A DNA stretch of 64,000 nt, from contig OX597817.1 of the NCBI GenBank assembly GCA_951406725.2, forward strand, positions 133,486,001 through 133,550,000, read 5' to 3'. The translations under genes and the position numbers were made by a program. Every line of letters begins with the position of its first letter. Position 1 is the first letter of the stretch. The notes under the pieces are model-generated. The model was not told the DNA's origin, did no database searches, and was given only the letters and a program-made list of their open reading frames with translations. The DNA comes from Octopus vulgaris. Its lineage: Eukaryota. Below are positions 12,953 to 24,631 of the stretch, piece after piece.

Positions 12953-12976
12953 ACTTACCTGCAACAAAAAGAAAAG
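12953..12976 (-). other. Candidate recursive splice site (AG|GTAAGT)
   Basis: CTTTTCTTTTTGTTGCAG|GTAAGT on the minus strand, junction 12959/12958. Confidence 0.4.
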
Positions 12977-14093
12977 TTTATTACTATTTCACATACATAC
13001 TCAAAGTTTTAAATACTGTAACGGATATGAATAATATTGAATGAATGAATGAATGAATGAATGTATGTATTTATGAAAATAAAGAATCTGAGTGGAGAAT
13101 ATATAAATGAAACTAAATTGTAGTTAGAAATAGATACACATAAAACAAAAAGGTAAAAGTTTTAAGCAGTGTATGCATCTCAATAAACAGGATAATGCCG
13201 GATATCCTTATCAGAGAGTAGATTAGCAAGTGAATGTTTTGCACTAAATTTTTGGAAATTTGTGATAAATTAAGATTTGAACCCTTTTTGTTCCTCATTG
13301 TAATTACTATACTGGCCTCCTTAATTTGTTTCAGTATGTCACCATTAACTATTTCTTTACTCTCATAATTCAACAGCTTTAGTGACTAAATATTTTTTAT
13401 TGGTGGACAGGAGCCGTGCTGTTACAGAGGTATCAGCAGCTTTGTTGGCTCAAAAGTACTTTTACTGGAGATGAAAAGAAAAAGAGAATAAAAGACAGAA
13501 ATGTCAGTACTTACAAGAGAATCCATCTTACATAATTATTGTACATACTTACATAGATCATTTATTCATGTAGACATAATGCCTCAGATTTTTACATGAA
13601 TCATTGCAGATATATGTGATGCTCGAGTCTTTCTGAGGAATGTTAGAAAATTTGAATTCATGGGAATTCAAATGAGAATAAAAGCATAGGGCTATAGTGA
13701 TCCCTCACCATGGTTGTGTGTGTGAGTACTTATGTAAGCAAATGAAATGTTAAAAAGGAAAACAGAGTGTTGTTGAGGAAAACTTGATTCAAAGTAAAAC
13801 TTGGGAAATCTGTGTTTTGATACTTGGTCCTTAATCTCAACCTCCAATCAGCTTTACATAATAGCTATTATGTAGTCAATAATGTTAAGCTTAAAAATTT
13901 TTCAAACTTTATCTAGAACAATTTTAAAACCATAAGAGGTGTTGAAGGCAAACTTTATTTTTAGCAAGAAAAATGCTAAGGAATATGGGAATATACTTCT
14001 CAATGACAATAAAATATATTCTCTCCATGTGTGTGTATTTTCCATTTTAACCAATTTCTATGAATTGTGCCAACTTTGTTACTATATTAATAA

Positions 14094-14957
14094 CTAGCAG
14101 TATCGCCCGGCGTTGCTCGGGTTTGTAAGGGAAATAACTATATAAGCATTTTTAGAGAGTTATAGCAAAAAAATGCATTAAAAATGGAATAAAAAATGAT
14201 GGTAATTTTTTTTTAAAATCGTTGACTCGTAGACATTTTTAGAGAGTTACTTCCCTTATATAATAGCGAAAAAATGCATTAAAATGGAAAAAATGATGGT
14301 AAATTTTTTTTAAAATCGTAGACTCATTGTAGACGCGCGCTAATACCCAGAAGGGCTCGATATGAATCACAACTATAAGATAGTTAGTAGTTAGGAATCT
14401 AAATCGTAGGAGACAGACACACAACTTCACTTTTATATATAAAGATTTGTGCAACAACTAAAACATTCGGTTGTGCAAATTGTTTGCAGAGGAAACCTGA
14501 CCTGTGTGGCGGTTTTTGCCGTTTTTGTGGATCTGTTTCAGCTTTTTTAGCGATTTCTGTTTTGGCGACTTCAAGCCATGAAGTCGTTGTTCTAAAAGAA
14601 CACTGGTCTCCTTGACAATGCTTTACGACATTGATTTCCCTACCCTGCCTTCCCCACAGCTTCACGAGGGAGGGAAGAAGGGGGAGAAGCAACACAGGTG
14701 CAGGTGTGAGCATGGACGCCAACTCCGCCGCGATCGACACACGAAAAAATTGGAAGAAATGGAAAAAAATGATGTTAAATTATTTTTTAAATCGTAGACT
14801 CATCGTAGACGTGCGCTAATACCCAGACGGGCTCGATATGAATCACGACTATAAGATACCCGAATTTGGTTAAACTGCACCGCAAAATGTGGGAGTAGTT
14901 AGGAATCTAAATCGAAGGGGACAGACACTCAGACAACTACAGTTTTATATATATAGA
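14094..14957 (-). mobile_element. Non-autonomous Helitron-type element, composite with two 5' ends
   Basis: Minus strand begins A|TCTATATATATAAAA at 14957 (second start at 14445) and ends CTAG|T at 14094, with a GC hairpin (CCCGGCGTTGCTCGGG on +) about 10 nt inside; CpG-rich relative to background. Confidence 0.75.
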
Positions 14958-16056
14958 TATCATTATTTGCTACATGGCTTGACCAAGGGACCTTACAATC
15001 ACATAAGAAAAAGCCACTATTTTGAGTGAAAAAATTAAAAGTAAAGTTGCAATATAATTTTAATATTGACACAAGGCTACAAATTTTGTCAGGAAGAGAC
15101 AATTAATTGGATTAACTTGACTGGCACTTATTTCATCAACCCTGTAGGGTAAAATTATTTAGAATATAACTAAACACCACAAGGTATTTTATCTGCTGCT
15201 CAGCTGATTTTGCCACCTACTAAATAATATGATAAAAAATAGAATATCCTGAAAAGATAGTAGTTATACAAAAAAAAAAAAAAATCTGGATTCTTTGCCA
15301 TCATTACAAAAGCGAGTGCTTTCTCCTTGCAGCTAACTTTCACAACATTTAATGGCTGTCACAACTTCTCCATTTTAAATGACATTGGAAGAAGACAATA
15401 AAGGCTATATTTGAATGGAAAATATCTGACCTCATCCATCATATTACTTGTTTTCTTATAGCCATCAGGTACAAAGACACTGCTTAACAAACATGCCTAA
15501 TTAAAAGAATATAGGTCTAGAGAACAACTTCATTGTTGCCTTATTATGCAGCCACTGTAAACATAAAAGTACAGGTAGACAAAATGTAGGCTTTCAACAA
15601 GCATATGCAGAACAGTTCTTCTCTTTCTGTTTATGCTGTCTTTGCCGTACAGCTTGTCATTCCCTGATTTCTTGTAACTTTTCTTTACACTTGACCTGTA
15701 AAATATCTTGAGGAGTCTATACAATATATCATTGTCAACATTCAGAATAACATCCCAGCTATTATTATCCCATTTTCTAAAGACTACACTATCCAATGTG
15801 TTTTTCTTAAGATATTAAGGTTTGATTTGAGGAATATTTGGTTACTGTTCCTAGCACACCTAGTAATCATAGATATTTATAGAAAAGGTCTCAATGACAC
15901 AGCTTCTATTTCACTGAAAAAATACCATGATTGTTAATTTTGTAATGCCGTTTCCTTTTATATTGTCACACTGATGGTAATCATGAAAGTAAACAAGTGG
16001 AGAGAAATAGTTTCTCCAGCAAGAGCTTAATGAGAAAGACAATTTATTTCCAAATA

Positions 16057-18275
16057 TCACCATCATCATAATTGTTTAACGTCCGCTTTCTATGCTGGTA
16101 TGGGTTGGACAATTTGACTGTGGACTGGTGAACCAGATGGCTGCACCAGGCTCCAATCTGATCTGGCAGAGTTTCTACAGCTGGATGCCCTTCCTAATGC
16201 CAACCACTCTGAGAGTGTAGTGGGTGCTTTTACGTGCCACCGGCATGAGGGCCAGTCAGGCGGTACTGGCAACAGCCATGCTCAAATGGTGTTTTTTACG
16301 CGGCACTGGCAACGACCTCACTTGAATATTTTTCAAGTGCCACTGGCAAAAGTGCCAGTAAGGCAACGCTGATAACGATCATGCTCAAGTGGTGTTTTTT
16401 ATGTGCCACCAGCATGGAAGCCAGTTAGCTGTTCTGGAAATGATCACACTTGGATAGTGCTCTTAGCGCTCCACTGGCACAGATGCCAGTCATCGAATTT
16501 GATTTCAATTTCGATTTCACTTGCCTCAACAGGTCTTTGCAAGCAGAATTTAGTGTCCAATGAAGGGAAGGTATGCATAAGTGGGCTGGTTACACCGCTG
16601 GCATAGGCCACAGGTTAACAGTCTACTTGGCTTGCTGGGTCTTCTCAAGCACAGCATAATTCCAAGTCTCAGCCACTAGTCATTGCTTCAGTGAGGCCTA
16701 AGTTTCGAAGGTCATGCTTCACCATTTCATCCCAGGTCTTCCTGGGTCTACTTCTTCCACAGGTTCCCTCAACTGCTAGGGTGTGGCACAGCTATCCTCA
16801 TCCATTCTTGCCACATGACCATACCAGCACAGTTGTCTCTCTTGCACAACACATCTAATACTTCTTAGGTCCAACTTTTCTCTGAAGGTACTTACACTCT
16901 GTCGAGTATGCACACTGACATTACACATCCAGCGGAGCATACTGGCTTCATTCCTTGCAAGCTTATGTATGTCCTCAGCAGTCATGGCCCATGTTTCACT
17001 GCCATGTAGCATGGCTATTCATACACATGTGTCATACAGTCTACCTTTTACTCTGAGCAAGAGGCCTTTTGTCACCGGCAGAGGTAAGAGTTCTCTGAAC
17101 TTTGCCCAGGCTATTCTTATTCTAGCAGCTACATTTTCAGTGCACCTAGTTAACGGAAGCTATCAACTACTTCTAGTTTTTCTCCCTGGAATGTGGCAGT
17201 TGTTCTCTGCACATTTTCAGTATTTATTGCTCCTAAGCATCTGCCACATACAAAAACTATCTTCCCAGTTATCCTTCCTTTGATATTGCTGCACCTCTTA
17301 TGTGTCCATAGCTTTCACTGGGTACATCTTATAGAGTTTCTACCTATGCTTTTTCTACAGATCGAGCAGAGCCATCTACCTGAAGGGGTTTGTGGTTTAT
17401 CTACCTTCCTACTTATTACAGTTTTGGTTTTAGCTAGGTTGACTCTAAGGCCCTTCAATTTTAATCCTTGTTTCCACACCTGAAACTTCTCCTCTAGTTC
17501 TGATAGTGACTCAGCAATGAGACCAAGGTCATCAGCACAGAGGAGCTCCCAGGGGCTTCCAGTCTTGAATTCCTCTGTTATTGCCTGGAGGACTATGATA
17601 AATAAGAGGTGGGCTAAGGACTGGACCTACCTCTACTTGGAATTCTTCACTGTACTCGTTGCCAACCCTCACCTTACTGACAGCGTCCCTGTACATAGCT
17701 TGCACACCTCTCACTAACCATTCATCTATCCCTAGTTTCCTCATTGACCACCAGATAAGGGATCGGGGGACCCTGTCAAAGGCTTTCTTCATGTCAATGA
17801 AAGCCAGGTACAGAGGTTTATCTTTGGTTAGGTATTTCTCCTGCAGCTGTCTTACCAGAAATATAACATGAGTGGTGCTTTTCCCTGGCATGAACCCAAA
17901 CTGCATCTCATCTAAACTGACTCTCTCTCTAATTAGTTGGGCTGTGACCCTCTCCATGACCTTCATTATCTGATCCAACAACTTGATACCTCTGCAATTA
18001 TTTGTATCTAAAGCATCACCTTTACCTTTGTAGCAGTTGACTATGGTGCTGCTACACCAGTCATTGGGCATGACTCCTTCGTGTGTCACCTGGTTAACTA
18101 TATGGGTGACTAGGCTATAGCCGACACCGCCAGATATTTTGAGGATCTCCTGATGGGCCAGGGGCTTTCCCTGTCTTCATACTCTTAATTGCTTTATCTA
18201 CCAAGATACTATCAATTCGGATAGCTGGTCCCTCTGTTGGGTCGACATTCGGCAGACTCTCTCCCATACATTCTC
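16057..18275 (-). mobile_element. RTE-clade LINE, 5'-truncated, with reverse transcriptase pseudogene and long 3' UTR
   Basis: ORF 17532-18089: KGKGDALDTNNCRGIKLL, QFGFMPGKST, LAFIDMKKAFDRVPR; ELLCADDL (YADD motif); LHGSETWAMT...LCWYGHVARM; (GAT)n tail near 16060. Confidence 0.95.
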
Positions 18276-18375
18276 AAGGAAAGCAATCTCCAAAAGTTTA
18301 AGTCTCTTTACAGCTCTCAGTGATAGTTAAGTATGTTTCGCTAGTCATATATTTCATTAGAATCTAGAACCATTT

Positions 18376-18550
18376 TACAGCTGGATGCCCTTCCTAATGC
18401 TAATCACTCTGAGAGTGTAGGTAGTGGGTACTTTTTACATGCTACCGGCACGAGGGCCAGTCAGGCAGTACTGGAAACGACCATTCTCAAATGGTGTCTT
18501 TTACATGCCACCGGCACGAGACTGGTTAGCTGGCACTGAATAGAAATAAT
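18376..18550 (-). repeat. Local duplicate of 21061-21231 (RTE 3' UTR piece plus flank)
   Basis: Differs only by 2 substitutions and a 4-nt GTAG duplication; shares the breakpoint GCACTGAATAGAAATAAT. Confidence 0.85.
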
Positions 18551-18689
18551 GTTAGACCTCATTATCATTTATGATCTCCCCTGGTGACTACACGTACTCA
18601 ACTTAACAATGACTGGCTTGCTTCTTCAGAGCCTCTGCAATCCTCTCATAACTACTAACCCTCTTCTGAGTTTAGTTGAGACCCACCCA

Positions 18690-19080
18690 TGGCATATTGC
18701 TCTCACATATGAGATGATGCTAAACATACAGGAATCCATCTTAGAACACCTACAGAGAAGGGTTACTCAGCTGATTGTAATGAAGTCACTCATAAATGCA
18801 CTCCAACTTCTGGAACAGAAATGTACTACCTCCTGTCATTACTATATTGACCCACAACTATCTCTTATCACTACTACATTGGCCTCTGCTTTTTGGAGCT
18901 GGCTAGTTTCATGTCACCTCCTCTTATTACTTACATTGTTTACACCACATCTGCAAACCCTACACGCAACACTATGCCCGGTCATTTCTTCCCAGAATGA
19001 TGTTAGCTATAGAATTCCTTCCCTGCTCATATTTTTCTGCAGATACTGAATGCAACAATTTAAACAGAATTAACAGCATC
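18690..19080 (+). mobile_element. CR1/L2-group LINE 3' remnant
   Basis: LEHLQRRVTQLI ... HYARSFLPR ... NSFPAHIF ... QQFKQ matches the SFFPR..LWNSLP...FK C-terminal pattern. Confidence 0.55.
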
Positions 19081-19509
19081 AGTTTTATAACTCTCAGAAG
19101 GTTTAAAGAGGCTGTTATCACTGCTTCTTCTTTCTAACCAGATGCACAAACAAACAAACAAACAAATGAATATGTTTCTTTATTACTCTCAGTCACAGTT
19201 ATGTATGCTTCACCAGTCAGTTACATGAGCAGGATTTCCTCAGTTTATTCTCTTATTTTGATCTCATGATTTGAATAGTAGATCCTCTTAGAAGGATACA
19301 AAGAAAAGGAGTTAAGTTATCGCTATGTTTTGTTCAGAATATGAAATATTATGGATATGCTTTTGTATGCTGAAGTAGTTCAGGGTTATCTTTTTTTTTA
19401 TTTGTATTTCATAGATGTTACATTGTTAATTTTGTGAATGTCAAGCTCCAAGTCAGCCCTGTTTAAGGATACATGCTGTAAAATACATTCCAGCAGTGAT
19501 TATCCTAAT

Positions 19510-19704
19510 ATCATCATCATCATCATCATCATCGTTTAACGTCCGCTTTCCATGCTAGCATGGGTTGGACGGTTCAACTGGGGTCTGGGGAGCCCGAAGG
19601 CTGCACCAGGCCAGTCAGATCTGGTAGTGTTTCTACAGCTGGATGCCCTTCCTAACGCCAACCACTCCGAGAGTGTAGTGGGTGATTTTATGTGCCACCG
19701 ACAC
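19510..19704 (-). mobile_element. RTE 3' end fragment (young)
   Basis: (CAT)nCGTTTAACGTCCGCTTTCCATGCTAGCATGGGTTGGACGG with CpGs retained. Confidence 0.85.
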
Positions 19705-20947
19705 AACAAACGAATATATTTTTCAATAAAAAAATACTTAGGACTGCATTGCACAATACATCTATTTTTGTGTTTTCAGATAGTAAGGTGAGATTTCCTG
19801 GAGATTTGGCAGCTATTTCTAGCATCAGAATGAATGATCACATAGAAGATATGTTGTTGACTCCTGCAGTTGATATTTCTCTTGAACAGTTGCAAATCAA
19901 AGTGCAACAGTAGACACACAATTATTTGTTTTTCTTTGGTTTACAATAAACATGTGATGAGTATCTAATACATTATATATTTAAAGAGGCAGGATTCGTA
20001 AATAGTTGATACAGTTCATAGCTAGAAAGAGTTCAACAGAGAAGTTCTAAAGATGAATAGTTTTGAAAGAGTGATGTAAGTTACAATAGAAATAGATTTG
20101 AATCACACACAATAGATTTACTGATGGATGAACATTGCTTCCACATCAATGCTATTTATTATCCATAACTAATAAAATGTAAATGAATTATTCATAGTAG
20201 AGTTTGAACCTAGGAATGTAAACTTTCAAATGCTTCTAAGTTATGTTAAAGCACTGCAATTTCACTGAGCTATGCTGGCTTTAATGCACTAATTTTAATT
20301 AGGAATTTGCTGTAAAGGTTCATTATTTTGCCTTTGGTCATTTTCTCATACTTTTATGTTAGACTGATGACATCAAAACTCTACCACTTCTTCATAAGAA
20401 TAACTATGTTGCAGTATACTTGTATTTGTTGTTGTTGTTATTATTATCATAACTTAAGACCTACAGTTTTATTATTAGACATAAATTATTTTAAACCTTA
20501 TACTTGTCAATGATATATTTATTATATGTTGATGGCAGCATAATGGCTACTAATTGAATGGAAAGAAGTTTTTAGAATTGTTAGAATTGTTAATGACAAA
20601 GATGATATCTCTGTAAGAAAGAAATGAACGTGAGGTGTGTTCAGTATCAGAAGCACGATGCCATGTGTTGATGAAATATTAGCAGTAAAAGTGTCAGGAA
20701 CCTACAGTGATTGGCTTGTAGCAAATTAAATGTAATTGTCAAATGTACAATGTGAGTCGCAAAAGAAATTGAGTTTCAGAGTTATCAGTAGATTTATGCA
20801 GAAGAAATAATTGCATTGGTACAGGTCTTTAATATGAAAAGATAAGGAATTCAGAATGTAATGAGTCAGAAGAAATACAGAAATTATTTTGTCCAGTGCT
20901 CTAACAGTTATTCAAATTCGCTGCCCTAATAATGATGATCATCTTTG

Positions 20948-21220
20948 TCATCATCGTCATTTAACATCTGCTTTCCATGCTGGCATGGGTTGGACAGTTT
21001 GACTAAGGGCTAGCTAGCCAGAAGGCTGCAACAGGCTCCAATCCAATCTGGCAAAGTTTCTACAGCTGGATGCCCTTCCTAATGCTAATCACTCTGAGAG
21101 TGTAGTGGGTACTTTTTACATGCCACCGGCACGAGGGCCAGTCAGGCAGTACTGGAAATGACCATTCTCAAATGGTGTCTTTTACATGCCACCGGCACGA
21201 GACTGGTTAGCTGGCACTGA
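20948..21220 (-). mobile_element. RTE 3' UTR fragment
   Basis: Same family terminus and internal units. Confidence 0.85.
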
Positions 21221-21289
21221 ATAGAAATAATAATAATGATGATGATAAACATTATAATAATAATAATGGTAATGATAATAAAAATAATA

Positions 21290-21462
21290 ATCCCTTCTAC
21301 TATAGGCACAAGGCCTGGAATTTGAGGGGACTGGGTTCGTTGATTTTATCAACCCCATTTTGCAACTAGTACTGATTTCATTGGCCCCCAAAAGGATGAA
21401 ATGTAATTGTGACATTGGTAGAATTTGCACTCAGAATGTAAAGATCAGCAAAATACCGCTAA
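21290..21462 (-). mobile_element. tRNA-derived SINE (family of 8700-9826), partial
   Basis: Reverse complement of the shared CTTTCATCCTTTTGGGG / CTGAGT.CAAATTC motifs. Confidence 0.7.
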
Positions 21463-21489
21463 CTGTGAAATATGCAGGTTGTGAGCAAC

Positions 21490-21740
21490 GAAGTGGACAT
21501 GATACCAACAGTGATTGGCACACTTAGAAATAGCGGCACTCAACTACCAACATAGCTCAAAAAAGATTGGTACAAATGTAAAGATAGAACACCTTTAAAA
21601 ATCCTCATTGCTTGAAACTGCAAGAGTTCTCTGTAGGGTTCTTGAAACACGATCAGTAAACACGTGTCACCATAGTCTTCTGGCAGCTGACACTTTTCAT
21701 CATACTCAGTAAAATATGCTGAGAGTTTTCAAGATAATAA
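21490..21740 (+). mobile_element. R4/Dong-like 3' terminal fragment
   Basis: Clearly homologous to 22770-23020 (GCTCAAAAAGATTGGT...GGGTTCTTGAA...CAGCTGACACTTT); ends in ATAATAAT. Confidence 0.8.
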
Positions 21741-21809
21741 TACTGAAGACTAAGGTTGGGGATGGATTATTTCCAAAGACTTAGGTTGATGTTGCACTCA
21801 AAATTGACT

Positions 21810-23023
21810 GGATGAAATAAAATCCAAGCAGTTAATACATGGGTGATAGCACTACTTCAGTATGAAGCGGGAATTTTAAAATGACAAAAGAGGGAAGTGA
21901 TGAAAATGGATATCAAGACCAGAAAAATGTTGACAATACACAGAACCTCCCACCTTAAGAGTGACACCGATAGGTTGTACTTGTCCAGGAGAAAGGGTGG
22001 GAGAGGTTTGATCAGTTGCCAGGACTGTATCAAAGCAGAGGAAAACTGCTTAGGGTGATATATAAAAAATGCTGTAGAGCATATGAAGAAGGCTGACAAT
22101 ATCAAAACTGAAAATTGTGTAATGAAAGAAAAATTTAAAGAAGAAATGAACACAAAAATAGAGAAAACATGGAAGGAAAAGAAAATGTATGGTCAGTTTG
22201 CAAGAGATGTAAATGCCAAGGCAGATACAGAGGACTGGTGGCCATGGATGAGGAGGAGTTACTTGAAGATAGAGACAGAAGCACTCATATGCACAGCTCA
22301 AGAACAAGCGTTAAAGACCAACTATGTCAAGTGCAGTATCGACAACACTACTAACAGCAACAATTGCAGAATGTGTGGTAACGAGGAGTGAAATGGTATG
22401 GCATATCCTTAACGAATGCCTGAAATTGGCACAATGCAAATACAAAAGATGCCATGACAATGCCACAAGGATGATTCATTGGGAGCTCTGTGGAAATCAC
22501 ATCCTACAAAGAGCAAAGACGTGGTATGAGAAACCTCCAGAAGGAGTCACTGAGAATGTGAATTGCAAAATCCTGTAGGATGCAATGGTTCAGTGCAATC
22601 CCCTGACCAGACATCGGAAACCGGGCATTGTTGTGATGAATAAAAATGAAAGAACATGCATGATAATCAACATAGTGTGCCCCGGTGACAACAGGATCAA
22701 TATGAAAGAAGAAAAAATAAACAGCTATAATGATTTGAAGTGGGAAATATGAAGGTTGTGGTCAATGAAAAGAGTAGACATAATACTAGTAGTAACTAGG
22801 GTACTTGGAAGTATCAGCACTCAGCTACAAACATGGCTCAAAAAGATTGGTGCAAGTGTGAAGGTAGAACTCCTACAAAAATCAGTATTGCTTGGAACTT
22901 CAAGAATTCTTTGCAGGGTTCTTGAAGCATGACCAGTAAACAAGTGTCACCTTAGTTTGCTGGCTGTGGACAGCTGACACTTTCCATCATACCCAGCAAA
23001 ATAAGCTGTGAGTTTTCATCACA

Positions 23024-23058
<35 letters not shown>

Positions 23059-23090
23059 ATAATAATAATAATAATTATAATAGCAATAAT
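21810..23090 (+). mobile_element. R4/Dong-like non-LTR retrotransposon remnant (RT C-terminus, CCHC knuckle, RLE)
   Basis: NKIQAVNTW, SDTDRLYLSRRKGGRGLI, ETEALICTAQEQALKTNY, CRMCG...HILNEC.KLAQ..YKRCHD, HRKPGIVV, LQKSVLLGTSRIL; (TAC)n/(TAA)n tail. Confidence 0.9.
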
Positions 23091-24601
23091 TTATTTTATT
23101 CACCATAGAGCATAAATGAAGGGGGCAACAGCATCAACAACTATAATAGTGTGGTGATGGTGGTAGTGGCAATTTTGAGATTAGCAGAGATGGTGATAAT
23201 GATGCCTTTTAATCAACTGATTCAGAAGTTGCATTGATTGGCCACAGATATTGTATTTTACACCTTAACTTTTAAATTCTTGTAGTGCTTATCCTATATA
23301 AATCTCTCAATCCTCTTAGAAACAAGAGATGACAAAAGGCAGTCAATCCTGTATAAAAATCATTTAAACATAATAATTGCATGTGTTTAGATGAAATATG
23401 CTCATAGGATATAATGACAATTGATGTACTTTGGTGATTGTGGTTATTTACCTGTTATCATGTCACTTTCATCTACCCAGGTATGTTGAATACAGGTAAG
23501 TTGATTGCACATAAGCATCTTCGTATATATTTACAAGATATTAATCCCTGAGCATTGATTTCCTATCTCAGAGCTGGATTTGGATCTGGTAGTTTATGTA
23601 ACTTGGAAGTTGTAATATTAACATCCAAAAAAAAAACCTTCCAAAATATGCCTTGATTTTCTTCCATTGATGTAATGTAGGTAGCATTGCTCTGTTGAAG
23701 CACATGCTTTGCAGTCTCATTACTCGGTTTGACAAATATTTCTTTAGTTATAACCTAAAACAGGTTTTTGCTTCTAAGTTCAAAGGTTTTGTAAAGCACA
23801 CATCTCTAATGAAAACTGATACACTGATCAAATATGTGATTACTCTGTTCCTGCACAGTTCAATAAATCCTTATATGAATTTCGCACTGGTGTGTATAGA
23901 TAATACTAAAATATTCTATTTTCTCTAAATTTAAATTCTCTTCCTCTAATTTAGTTATTAATAAATAATAGTTAATGAGGTATTACTTGGCATGATGTTC
24001 AAAAATTGGAGAAACATTATCTGAAAGAACTCATTCAATAAATTGCAAAAAGACAAAGGAAAACAGATATCCATATAGTAAACCAGAAGTCTTTAGACAG
24101 GAAGTTCTTTCTAAAATGAGACTAATAAAATTTCATATATTTCATTGCCAGTTTTTCGTCCCTAACAACCACACTGTCTGAATTGAGGTTATGAGCAGTT
24201 CAGAATTTGGTGATAGTTGTGATTACTTGCAGTACAGGTCTATGATACATAAACGGCAGGCAAAAAACTGGTTTAAGCAATGCTACATGATACCAGAAAA
24301 CACCAATATCAGAAGCTCCAGGAATTTAACAACCTCCCTGACTAATCTAAATCTAATGTGCAATTCTTATAAAGTAGTAACCACTCCATTTCATTTATAG
24401 ACATCCTATATGTGATTGTATGTGAAAGCAAATAAAGGATTGGTTGGAAAAAAAAAAGAGAAGCAGTGTGGAAAAGAAGGAAACGATCAGCAGGGGATTG
24501 TAGTGAATGAAAAGTAAAGATGAACTGACATTTTATGATTGATCTGAACTGTATTACAAATAAAAAAAAAATAACATGGAACATAAAAGGTTATGTCATA
24601 C

Positions 24602-24631
24602 TTAGTTTCCCTAAGAAAGGAGAAAGATTGG
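24602..24631 (-). other. Candidate 9-nt or 30-nt microexon (tandem acceptors)
   Basis: About 75-nt pyrimidine tract, acceptors at 24611-13, 24632-34 and 24663-65, donor GTATGA. Confidence 0.35.

Noticed and set aside
15530-15796. 88-aa minus ORF after an AG|G at about 15695 (and a similar case near 27570)
   Set aside because: No recognisable domain and weak acceptors; cannot be supported as exons
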